NCBI GenBank assembly: GCA_030390025.1
Contig: CM059431.1
Span: 154,754,001 to 154,818,000 of the forward strand
Length of the DNA: 64,000 nucleotides
Source: Squalus acanthias
Taxonomy: Eukaryota
Direction of reading: 5' to 3'
This document shows, piece by piece, positions 12,501 to 25,100 of the stretch (positions are counted from its first letter, which is position 1; each line of letters starts with the position of its first letter). A model generated the notes under the pieces. The model had not been told where the DNA came from and made no database searches. It saw nothing but the letters and a program-made list of their open reading frames with translations. The position numbers and the translations under genes were made by a program.

Positions 12501-12729
12501 TTCTATTCAGCTGCTCCAAGATCTTGGGGTGAATTAGGATCTAGGCAGGTAGGCAAAACATGCGGAATCGCATTTGCCGTCCGTTATAGGACAAACCTGA
12601 TATTCAATCTATTGAAGTTAATGGAACTTCATATCAACTGATGTGTATAACATGTGACCCATGCAATACCAACTGCTAGACGTGATATATACCTTAGTGT
12701 AATATGCGATACATATTTTAGTGCAAGGT

Positions 12730-13500
12730 TCATTACTGTGTCAGTGTTAAAATAAATATATCAGTTGACAGAGTGCATTCTTTTCTAACTCCAATTGTTG
12801 ATCTAAACCATTTTGTTATCTTCTTAACTTCTTTGACAGCCCTCAGGTTCATTTTATAGCTTTTTTTCATAAGTGTGACACATTTCTCAGGGAATACTTT
12901 ACATCCACAAGACATGCCATGTCATTTCCCGCTCGTACAGTGTCAAAGATCTGCATAAAATATATGAAGTTCCTGTAAAAATGAATGCTGTGTTCCATAA
13001 ATTTCTTCGAAATCTATCGCACCTGCCAAAAAATAAACAGTTTTTATATCATACTTCGTCCTGCTCTAAAACCAGCTTGTTCTTGATTAATATCACATCT
13101 TTGTATCTTTTCATTCTGCTCTGCAGTGTCGTACGAAATACTTGTCCTGGTATATTTACAAGCTGATTCGTCTGTAAGTGTTGCATTTCCTCTGATTTCC
13201 TTTTGCGAAGATTGACTATAATATCGCCTTTCCCAGTCTTCAGTTACTTCCTTTTCTTCATGAATTTTGTCAAACAGCATTTGCGCCAATCTACATATGT
13301 TGTTCACCCGCTTGCAACAGTACTGCAATTATATCATCGATACCGGGAGCCTTGTACTTTGCAAACTTGCAATACAAATAATTACTTCTTATAGAGATCT
13401 TAAAAAATTGTTATTCAGTTCTCTTGCAATATTATTTTCTAAATTTCCCTTTGCCATTTTGATGCATTTTATATTTGTGGACTCCATTTATAACTGAATC
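12730..13500 (-). mobile_element. Degraded RTE-clade LINE RT fragment
   Basis: ORF 13044-13328 ends QEQAGFRAGRSMI, an RTE-type RT motif. Confidence 0.55.
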
Positions 13501-13539
13501 CATCTTAATTATATGCCATGATCTTGAAGATCTTACATC

Positions 13540-14790
13540 ATAAATCACAGAATCTTACAGCACTGAAAGAATCATTTCGGCTCATCGTGCCTGTTTCGGC
13601 TCTTTGAAAGAGCTATCCAATCAGTCCCACTTCCTCATTCTTTCACAATAGCATTTAAATTTACTCCCTTCAATTAATTATCCACCCCCTTTTGAAATTC
13701 ATGATCGAATCTGCTTCCAACACACTTTCAGGCAGCACATTCCAGATCATATCAACTCGCTGAGTGAACAAATGTCTTCCTCTCAATTCTTGCTCATTTT
13801 ATAATTACCTTATATCTGTGTTGTGTGATTACCGACCCTCCTGCTACTGGAAAAAAAATTATCCCTATGCAATTTGTCAACAGCCTTAATGATTTTGTAC
13901 GTCTCTATTAAATCGCGTTTAACGTTCTCTGATCTGAGGAGAACAATTCCGGCTTTTCTCGTCTCTCCACGTAACTGAAGTCCCTCATCCCTGGTACAAT
14001 TCTAGCAAATCTGCGCTGCACCCTCTCCATGGCCTTGACATCATTCTTAAAGTGTGGCGCCCATAATTAGATGTTATATTCCAGCTGAGGCCAAACCACT
14101 CATTTATATAGGTTTAGCTGAACTTCTTGCTAATGTACTCCATATCTCTATTTAAAAAAACAAGGATCCTATATACTTTCTAACAGCCTTATCAACTTGC
14201 CCTGCCACATTTAAATATTTATATAAGTAAACCGCCAGAACTCTCTGTTTCTACACTCCTTTTAAAATTGTACCATTTATTTTACAATGCATCTCTTCAA
14301 TCTGCCTTCCAAAAGGCATGAATTAATACTTCTCTGCGTCAAATTTCATCTGGCAAATGTCTGCCCATTTCACCACCCTGTCTATTTGCTCTTGAATACT
14401 AATATTATAGTCCTCACTGTTTATTATATTTTCGAATTTCGTGTCATTTGCAAGCTGTAAAATGATTCCCTGCGTACCCAATTCTGGTATATTAATATAC
14501 ATCAAAAAGAGCAGCGGTGCTTACACCGAACCCTTGAGGACACCACCGTATACTTCCCTGTAGTCTTACAAACAACTATTCACAACTACTCTCTGGGTTA
14601 TGTCCCTGAGCTAATTGCATATCCACGCTGCACCTGCCGAATAAAACTGATTGTCTTCAATTTTGCTGACAAATCTATTATGTGGTACATTTTCAAACCA
14701 CTTTTGAAAGTGCATATATACAACCTGAACCACATTCTCCGCATAAATCCTCTCTGTTATGTCATCACAGAAATAACAATTACCTGAACG
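13540..14790 (-). mobile_element. Degraded CR1 LINE (RT to 3' end)
   Basis: ORFs 14611-14928 (VVYMHFQKWFENVPH) and 14323-14505 (LANDTK...WADICQMKF). Confidence 0.85.
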
Positions 14791-15019
14791 GGTATTGAAC
14801 CAGAGCAGCAGAGATGAGAGCGCGGAATCGTAATCATTAGACCACGAGGAACATTCTGCCTTTAGCCTGTTGTTATTTATGTAAGTGTTGCTTACTATCT
14901 TGTAACTTTTCTTTGCATTGGTACACATTGATGCTTTGCATTCCCTTCAGGAATTTAGAAATTATTGTTCCTGTCAGTTTCTGCTAAGTTAAAATCTCTA
15001 ACCACACTTTATGTTCACT

Positions 15020-15176
15020 TACTAGTCGCATTTCTTGTCTTATTCACAGTCCCAGATTAACGTTTACATCCTGGCCTGGGGGTTTATACCCTACCCCTAC
15101 TAGTCGCATTTCTTGTCTTATTCACAGTCCCAGATTAACGTTTACTTCCTGGCCTGGGGTTTTTTACCCTACCCCT
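15020..15176. repeat. 78-bp direct tandem duplication (2 copies)
   Basis: 'tactagtcgcatttcttgtcttattcacagtcccagattaacgtttac' starts at 15020 and again at 15098. Confidence 0.95.
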
Positions 15177-15819
15177 CGTGATAGCTACCTCTGTAATTAT
15201 CTATGAATTAAGCTAAAGTGATTTTGTGTCTGCGTCCTTTCAAATTTTGTAGCATTTCTCACTTGTCCTTCAATACTGGGCATTATACATACTGTCACAT
15301 AACTTCCTTTTCTCCTCATACCGTCTCATCAAAGCAATATATAAGTTCCAGATATTTACCCATTGAAAGTTGTCATTCCACCATGTGGTCACGATGCTAA
15401 TGATAACCAATCTGACACCCCTGAAAGACTTTTCACGCCACTCATGTTATTTGTCAGACGTTATTTTCACTAATAAAAGTAAAGCTGCTTAGCTTTTAAC
15501 TTTACCATTCACATTAGTTAATTGTTTACTTCGTTTTTATTCCACCATTGGAATTAGACTTATTAATCATAATGATTTATGTTTTCAGTAGCACAGCTTA
15601 AGGTTTGCTGCAATCGCTATAGCTGCTCTATTTCACCGACCGCACATATCCCCGCATTAGTTTAAATGATCCTCCTGTATTCTATCTACACTGTCTGATA
15701 ACACATCCAATCCCCACCTTTGTTTAGGTGCTGCACCAATAGTGCAGTATCGGCTGCATCTGATATTTTTTGAAGAACTGTAAGGCTGCAGAATTATCCT
15801 AATTGCATCTCGATGCAGC

Positions 15820-18800
15820 TGGAAAATAATTGGAAAAGTGGTTGGGGGCGATCGAGTTGTCGTGGTCCATTAGGTACCGAACGACACGGGAAAGAACATT
15901 GTGGAGGGCCTGCAGAGTGAGTACCAGGAGTTAAGCGCCAATTAAAAGGAAGACCTCGTGGGTAATTATATTGGCATTCTGACACAAGACACTTGAAAAT
16001 TTAAATAGTGACCAGAAGATTAGGAATGTTGACACTTGGCTAAAGGATTGGTGTGGGAAAGAATATTTACATTTCAATGGGCACCGTTATCCATACGGGG
16101 AAGGGAAGGAGCTGGACTACTTGAACTGGGTTCACCTGAACTGGGTTAGGACCATGTTCTAGCTCATAGGATACCAGCGCTGTAGAAAATATATTAAAAC
16201 AATAAAAGGAGTGAATGGCGCTCAGGCAGAAGTTATAGGAAATCAGACAAAATAAAGGATAAAATAATAGCAGAAATGATAAAAAAAGAGTGTGATGAGT
16301 TAAAATGTGTGCAAAAACATCAGGAAATGAGAGCAGCACAGGGTCCATTGTTCAAGTAAAAGTTCTGTACACTAACTGACGTAGCAGAAGTAATAAATCA
16401 AATGAATTCGAAGCGCAAATTCGACTTAAAAGGTATGACGTTGTGGTCATAAGTAAGATCTCGTAAAAATCACAATATGACTGGTAGAGAGAGATATTCC
16501 ACGTTGTAAGGTCCAGAGAAAGGTCATGGCAATTACAAAAAGAAGAAGAGTTGAAATATTGAAAAGGGGCACTTTTACTGCCTTTTAAAGAGAGGGTATC
16601 AGCAAGGGTGAGCATACAGTAGAAAGGCTATGAGTAGAACTGAGCAATAGAAAAGGAAGCAATACATTGGTGGGATTTGTTTCTAGACCTCCACATAGCA
16701 CGAATAATGTGGCAGGATACATGAACTTTGTGATTAGGGAACCTTTTACAAAAACAGCGTAGTATAATCGGAGACTTCAATTCTCATGCAGACTGGGCGA
16801 AGCAGACCAGCTCTATTCCCAGAGGTAGCGAATTTCTTGAGTGTATTCAGAAAAAAAATCTGAAACAATGGCCCAAACATTGCGGTGGGGGACATGGCTC
16901 CGGAGTACGACCAACGAAAAGAATGCAAGCTTACCTTGTGCGAGCCCCCACACGTAGATTTGCTGTTCGGCATTGCAGAGTTGTGCGCAGCATATTACAT
17001 CATGAATGCCTATGCGTAAGGGATGAAATGCCCGCAAAATCTGTGGCACTAAGCCACGTCCGCAGAAACTTCTTTCGGTCTCTTCAATTGAAATTGCACT
17101 ATCAAAACATTTTAAAACTCCTAAAAACTTTAAAAAAACGTTGGATTAAACTGCTACTTGGACTTGTTTCATATATCAGCATTGTGTTAAATTATGGAAC
17201 AAAATACCAACAATAATTTGGTATCTGTTTTCCATTTGAAGGTTAAAAAAGATAATTTGAGTTCAATGGAAAGATTCTCGTCCTTTGACCGTTTACTAAA
17301 GTGAAATACATCGTTTAGCTGTTCAACCTGCTATTGAGGTTGAAACAGTTTCTATTACTTGGAAAGTGTATGCAAATTTACTTTATTTTTATTTCATACA
17401 AAGAAACAGATTCCTTTTCTTATTTGCACTAAGGAGCATTGTAGAGCGTTGTAGAGTGTTTTGCTAGCCCACAGATTCCCCAGTTCTTGATCAAACAATT
17501 GGGACAGCAGAAAATATTGATAATTTTCAATATTAATTTTCATATTTTACATTTTTTATGTTTCTAAATGCTTCCACTATGGGCATAGATTTTATTATGA
17601 AGTGCTTCCAGAATTCTTAACAAAACTTTCAGACGCATCAAATGGGTTCCTTTCATAGTGAAACAGGCTCCTGCTCCTGCTTTCACTAACCGTAACATTT
17701 TCGGATATAACTGCTGGGCAGTTGGTTGTAAATTATCCGAACTCTGCGCCAGCAATTAGTACTTTCCCCGTCGATGCAGATCATGTGTCAAGTTGGAACT
17801 TGACAGATCGCAAGCTATGTGTTTAGCGCATGCGAAAGTACATGTGGTAATCCAGAGTTTGCAGTCAATTTCAAAGGAAGTATTATGGCGTATTCTCAGA
17901 ATATGCCATTATACGAACCTCAAAATTTGCCCCTTGTGTTCTTGAATCAACAAGGGAACAGGCCATCTTATATTTAGTAAAGAGTAATGCCCTTGAATTA
18001 GTCAATATTTTAACTTAAAGGGAACACCTAACTAACAGTGGCCATAATATTATAAAATTCGGTATTAGGTTTGAGAGCGAAAATGTTGAGTCACGAATCA
18101 AGATTTTAAATTTAGGTAAGGCTGACTTTGGAGCGATGAGGCAGGAATTAACCACAATAGACTGGGCAGAACTGTTAACGGAAAACACTGCAAATGAGCA
18201 GTGGAAGTATTCAAAATATTATTTGTTAGAATACAACGCGTGTATGTATTCCTAAAGGGCGAGAGCACTGCATGTACAATTGCACAAATTTGGTCAACAA
18301 TTTAAGTGAGAGTTAGTTTGAAGCAAAAGGAAGGTTAAGAACAGTAGAGATGCGTGGGCTGGGAGAGATAAAATGAACAGCAGAGGGACACAAATAAAGT
18401 GTTAAGAGGTATTGTAAGGGAATACGAGAAACAGCTTGCAAAGGCTATCAAAAACAGCAGTTTCCAAATATATTACAGGAAAGATGGTGTCTAAGAATAA
18501 TGTGCGTCCCGTAATTTCAGACGCTGTTGATATTTTACTTGCAAATCTGAAAATTGACAGACTTACAAAATAATTCGTTTGTACCGGTCTTCACAGTAGA
18601 TGATGAAAGTAGGGAGAAAGTACCAGAGATACATGAAAACTAAAACTAAATCAAGGGAAGGAGCTAACTAGATTCAATATAAGTAAACATATGATGATGG
18701 AGAAACTGATGAGATTAACAATAGACAAATCACCAGAACACGATGGTTTTTACCTCAGGGAATTAAAATAACTAGGTGCGGAAATTGTTGCTGCGTTATG

Positions 18801-19260
18801 TGCATTTTGAGGGAGAACGTTGCAGATTTCAACTACGCTATGCCCTAAAAGGGCTAAATTATAAGGACAGAATGCATAGACTCGGATTTCATTCCCTTGA
18901 ATATAAAAGATTAAGGGTGTTTAACATGATAACAGATTTGATAGTGTAGATTGCGAGAAACTATTTACTCCGATGTGGGAGTCCGGCAAAAGGGGGCTGT
19001 GCAGAGCTAATTTCAGAAAGCACAACTTCACACAAAGCGTAGTTGAAATCTGCAACGCTCTCCCTCAAAAAGCAGTTGAGGGCAGGTCAATTATGAATTG
19101 ATTACTGACATTGATATATTTTTATTATGCAAAGGTATTAAGAGTTACAGAAACAAGGTGGGTAGATGTAGTTAATATACAGATCCGCCATGATCTAATT
19201 GAATGGCGGAACAGGCTCGCAGGGGTGATTGGCCTACTTATGTTCCTATGTTTCTGTTCT
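15820..19260 (+). mobile_element. Old, fragmented CR1 (ORF1 esterase end, endonuclease, RT and 3' end) with unrelated sequence at about 16870-18000
   Basis: VVVH-GT-D remnant at about 15856, YRPP-like 'ttctagacctcca' at 16681, GDFN 'ggagacttcaat' at 16770, CR1 3' motif at 19180-19260. Confidence 0.65.
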
Positions 19261-21498
19261 ATGTCTCCCTGCACATGCAGTATTTCACAAAATACTACAC
19301 TTTTATTCCTTCGCTTAAGCTTCCTTTAGAATACCCTAAATTCAAGAAGAAGGATCTATTGCATTCTTCTACATGTTATTATTTCCAACATTTACCACAA
19401 CAATTGGTTCCTTTCTTGCCCCCTGCAGCATTCCGTCAACCCAGTATGTCAGCTCTTCAATCCATGCACCCGGGAGGCAACACACTATTTGTTTTCCAGA
19501 TCATCTTTCTACAGAATTCTACTTGTTCACTGAAATATCGAATCCGCAAATGCCACATACTTGTCAGATACTCTATGTCTATTCGTTTGTTCCCTCACAG
19601 GCTGCTGGATTATCCCATCTTGCCATGTCATAACTCACCCTTGAGTCTCCACATCAAGGGGGTAATTTTTATTTTGGACGATAGTGTAAGTTGGGAGATA
19701 TTAAATGATATGACCGTTATCTCCTATCTATTTCCATGGGAGCGCATTTGAGGGAGAGGTCCAGGATTTAACCATTACCGGACCGTGACCTCTCATCCAC
19801 TTTCTAGCAGAAACCCACTCTCCGCTTGTAGGTACCGGGGTCCCTTCTCGTACTCTGGCGCCGTTGTTGTATTCTCTAATAACTCATCGATAAAAGTGCC
19901 TCCCTAATGTTCTGATGCGTGACCAGTCGCTCGCTAAGGCTGAACACATTCAGCTACAGTACATCGACCAGCTTGCAGTTGTTGCAGGTGCACATTTCAG
20001 AATATGCGACGTGAAGGAAAGCATCTCACAACTTCTACAACTCACAAAATAGTTCATCCTCGTGTAACGTTAACTTTTAAACATGTTTGAGATCAGAAAA
20101 TAACCTTAAAGAGTACAAAATTAAAAAGCCAAATTCTCATGAATTAAATTCCTTGAATTCGAATCACCTTTTAGAAAATAATTGCTGCTCTTGTTCCTTG
20201 GTTAGTTTACTGACCACCTCCTCCCTCCTCTCCTGCAACGAATTCCATCTTCACGAAATTCCCGAATCACCTAAAACATACACATCGTTCAACATTGATT
20301 TGATTGTATAGTCTTGCAGCAAACAGATCGTACTCGCTTACTTTCTCACAATCCTTAACTTTGTCATGGTTTTCAACCTGATTGATCTGTCAAGCAATTT
20401 ATTCGGCTGAATTCAGTTACAGTGAAATTAGTTAACAAATCCCACCCTCTAAATACAATGTTATCACATTCCGCAAGCAAATGTGTACTTAGAGATTATA
20501 GTGCCTGGAATATATGTATCTCCCACGGTTGAACGCTGTGCCTCGGGATCAAAGCCTGCGCAAACAAGTGAAGCTTGTTTGCCCACTGCTGAATCTCTTG
20601 TCAGCTGAAAGCACTCTGACAGAATTAACCATTTCCTTTCAATCGCATCTTGAACTCTGTGCTCTAGAATTTACAACGCATAAGAACGTTAAAGATACAA
20701 AGCAGTTACAACTGTTCAGTCAGCCCCGAGCCACTTAATATCTAAATATCACCTCAACAATGATCGATTTACAGCAATTCTCCAGAAATGTATCTGCTGT
20801 TCTCTCCCCTCGTGTTCAACATGGTAAGCTGGCTTATACATGACGATGATTGATTACCCTTACCCAGGACTCCTGTTAACCCAGTTACATCGGTTCTTGC
20901 AGTAGATACTGTCACACAGTAGAAGGGAGGCAAACGGGAAAGTCTCACCACACTGCAAACACTCGCCCCCATGAAACAAGCTGCGAACGACATCACAGGA
21001 CGTTGAACAGAAGTCAGGATCGGAGATGCCGAAGCAGACACCCGGCACAGCAGATTGTTTTGGCAGTTTATCTTCCTATTTTCTTGCTACTTCTTCAATC
21101 ATGCGCTCCCAAACCTTGGAAACGATATAACCTGCTATTGCATTGAGTGGCCACTTGTCCGCTAGCACTTTCCTTCACGACTATATCCGAACACTTACCC
21201 CCTCCACTTTTAATAGGTTAATTAGAAGAGTCAGTTAAAAGTGCAAGACAGACTGACTATAAAATCCTGATAAAAATAGATGTTCAGTAGCTTTTACACT
21301 GCAAAGCACTCGCACTGAAAAATGCGTTCCGTGTAACTCGATGGTACGTTTGAGGGATTAGCACTTGGTAGGATTTACTGAGCTGGACTGAGTACGTTTA
21401 AAGGGAGGAAAGCAGAATCGTTAATTGAGGCCCACAACACGGTCTAGGTCAACTTAAGTGATGCAGACTTCGGCATTCCCGCATTTGAGCTATATATT

Positions 21499-22259
21499 GG
21501 CCCGGCTTTTGTGGTTATATTGACGGCGAAACTGCCAGCGTTCGCTGTCATTACGCTGCGAAACTGACAGCAACATCGGGAATCCGCACATGCGCAGTTA
21601 AAGGCGGCAATCCAGAATTGCTGTCAGCGATCCCCTGCTCCTCCATGGGGCCCGCTGTTAATGTATCCGCAGTTGGCAATCTTTAGAATTCAATATTTGA
21701 TGTGAACTTCCACGTTTGCACTGTAATATCGCTGTGAAACAAACCCGGAAATGTTAAGCCTTTTGAATGAGAATTAATTGTTTTTTTAACGGCATATTAA
21801 GTAAATAACTATTGCGAAACAATCTCTCTCGCCCTGAACAACTGATCTTATATTTCTGGAATATAACTTTTTTCCATTATGATGAAAAAATTCCATTGTT
21901 GTTAACATATATTTATTTTAATACAAATTATTTATTATTTTTCACCTTCTACCTTAATCACATGTGTAACAATCTTTATTTCGCTCTCTGTAAAATGGTC
22001 AAAAATTTAAAGATAATTAGTGCTTTTTACTTCCTGTTTTGCTGTATGTGAGAATTCTTCAATGTGATTGACTGGTTAGCGTGCTTCATGACATAATTAT
22101 TGCTGTATGCTGGAGATCTCCTATTGGTGATTCCAGGATGAAATTAATGTTGAGGAAGGTGAAATCGTCGCCGCTGAGTTCGGCAGCTCTTTGTGGGCAG
22201 CTTTCATCAGGGTAAGCAGGGACTACCATCGCTTCGCCGCTGACCACAAAATGCTGACC
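21499..22259. mobile_element. Non-autonomous DNA transposon with TIRs and 3-bp ATT target duplication
   Basis: Ends 'ggcccggcttttgtggtta' / 'tgaccacaaaatgctgacc'; ATT at 21496-21498 and 22260-22262. Confidence 0.65.
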
Positions 22260-22569
22260 ATTATTTCTGTGCACCAACGATTGTTGATTGGTAATTTGAT
22301 CCCCATATTAAAAGTCATTTTACACGATACTTTGCAAATTCCTTTTGCCGTCTCATGTGTTTCAATATTTTGAATCGCTTCATGGCTCTTGCAATAGCCA
22401 CTTTTCCCCAAAAGATGAAAGTCCATCACCCGCATAACACAAATGAACAACATAGTGTAAGCATGTATATTGTTCCCTTAACGTAGAAAAAATGTTGGTA
22501 AGCATTTCACAGAATAGTATGAAATTAGAATGCAACGAAAAAGGATTTATTGCAGATGGTTGGCCAAGG

Positions 22570-23030
22570 TGATACATTTAAGAAGTGAGAGATGAGGAGG
22601 ATAGGGAAGGGGAGAAGGGAGGGAATACCAGAGAATGTACCTACGCAGCTGAAGACACTGCTACGAATGGAAGGGTGATGGGACTTAGTTTGCAAAGGAG
22701 GGTGGAGTCAGGGGAACAGATCGTTTTATAGGGGAAATTCTGTTCCAGCATTTTGCAGAGATAGAGAAAGGTGAAATTATGGACGAATTTAAACACACCT
22801 ATGTGTAATTTAAATTGGAAGCTATGGGGGACTAGGAGTCAATGGAGGTCAACGAAGTCTATATAATGGACGAGTGAGACATGGCGTTGATTAAGATATG
22901 GGCAGTGCAGTATTGGGTGAATTAATTCTTCTGGAGGTTAATGGTAACAGGAGCATTGTAGTAATGGTACCGGGAGATTTCAAAGGCATGAATTACGGTT
23001 TGAATGGTAGATGGGCTTAGCTTAAAGCCG
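22570..23030 (-). mobile_element. Degraded L2-type LINE 3' region
   Basis: Purine-rich sequence resembling the reverse complement of the L2-like end at 54000-54230. Confidence 0.45.
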
Positions 23031-25100
23031 TTTCAGATCTATGGTAGAGGCAGAAAGCTGATTGATCGGATCCGCAATGTGTTGAATAAAAGTTGGGTAC
23101 AGACCTGTGAGGCGATATCACCTTCAAGCAGCTTGGAGAAAATAGCACGCGGTTTAAGCAATTAAACTACGAAATATATGACACAGGCGCTGAGTATTAT
23201 TCCATTTCTGCCCGTTCGTTGAGTTCAAAAGATTTATATGTCAAAATAATGTTAAGGATTATTATTTATGATTGTTATTCATTAAAATTTGTCCAGGCCG
23301 GTTACATCCAGTAATATCAGGTCTACGAATATTACATCTGAGTATCTGATTATTTTGGACAAAATAACTGCTGTTCCGTGTGCTGAAATCTTAGCTGAGA
23401 GTCCGAATGTAGGATCCCGAAAAAAAACAAGGTTCGGGCACTTTCATCAATGCGATGAACTGAACAATGCGAATATGACCAACGTCAGTGATCAGTGGCC
23501 GGAACCGAGCAGGAGAAATAAATTATGAAAAATTAAGGGGAAAGGTTAGACATTTGGTCCATCATTTCAAAACCATGGGAGCAGTAAAGGAAAGAACGAC
23601 AGGCCTAATACCGCTGCTAGAACTGACAGCAGCACCGTGACATCTGATGTACATGCTAAAGATTACATCACAGCAATAGAACAAATAAATCCTGTCTGGA
23701 GCGAATCTCACATCAATATATCTAAAATTAGATGCCCTACATAAGAACATAAGAACATAAGAAATAGGAGCAGGAATAGACAATTGGCCCTTCGAGCCTG
23801 CTCCGCCATTCAATAAGATCATGGCTGATCTAGGCATCAAAGCCACTTCCCAGCCCGCGCCCCATAACCCTTCACTCCCTTATCTTGCAAAAATGTGTCT
23901 AACTCCACTTTAAATGTATTTAATGACCTAGCGTCCACAGCTCACCGGGGCAGAGAATTCCACAAATTTACGATCCTCTGAGAGAAGAAGTTCCTCCTCA
24001 TCTTAGTTCTTAAAGGGCGACGTTTTACACTGAGACTGTGCCTGCGAGTTCTAGATTTCCCCATGAGAGGAAACAACCTCTCTGCACCTACCCTGTCGAG
24101 TCCCCTCACTATCTTATATGCTTCGATATGATCACCTATCATTCTTCTAAATTCCAATGAGTATACGACCAGCCTGCTCAACCTTTCCTCAAATTTCATA
24201 CCCCTCATCTCTGGAATTAACTCAGGGAATCGTCTCTGAACTGCCTCCAAATCAAGCATATCCTTCCTTAAATAAGGAGACCAAAACTGTACGCTGTACT
24301 CAAATTGTGGTCTCACCAATACCTTGTAGTTGTAGCAGGACGTCCCTGCTTTTATCCTCCAACCCCCTTGAAATAAAGGCCAACATTCCATTCGCCTTTT
24401 TGATTACTTGCTGTACCTGCATGCTAACTTTTTGTGTTTCATGCACAAGGACGCCAAGGGCCCTCTGAACTGTAGCATCTTGTAGTCTCTCTTCATTTAA
24501 AAATTGTTTGCTTTTTTATTTTAACTTCGAAAGTGGATAACCTCGCACTTTCCCACATTATACTCCATTTGCTGAATGTTTTCCCACTCACCTAGCCTGT
24601 CTATATCCCTATGCAGATTCTTTGAGTCCTCTGCACAAGTTTCCTTACCATACATCTTTGTATCCTGCGCAAAATTGGCTATATTACACTCGATCCCTTC
24701 ATCCAAGTCATTAATGTAGATTATAAATATTTGAGGTCCCAGCACCGATCCTTGTGGCACCGCACTCGTTAGAGTTTGCCAAACAGAAAATGCCCCATTT
24801 ATCCCGACTCTCTGCTTTCTGTTAGTTAGCCGATTCTCTATCCATGCTAATATATTACCCCAACTCCGAGAACACTTATCTTATGCAGTAATCTTTTATG
24901 TGGCCCCTTATCGAAGGCCATCTGGAAATCCAAATACACCACATCCACTGGCTCACCCTTGTCCATCCTGCTTGTTACATCCTCAAAGAAGTCCAGCAAA
25001 TTTTTTAAACATGATTTTCCTTTCATAACACCATGCTGACTCTGTTTGACTGCAGTATGTATTTCGAAATGCCCTGCTAATGCTTCCTTAATGAAGAACT

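Noticed and set aside
20860..21130. Cys-rich minus ORF with a donor-like end, plus an NF-kB-like 10-mer at 20937
   Set aside because: No recognisable Cys spacing and an in-frame stop upstream; a single imperfect motif is expected by chance.
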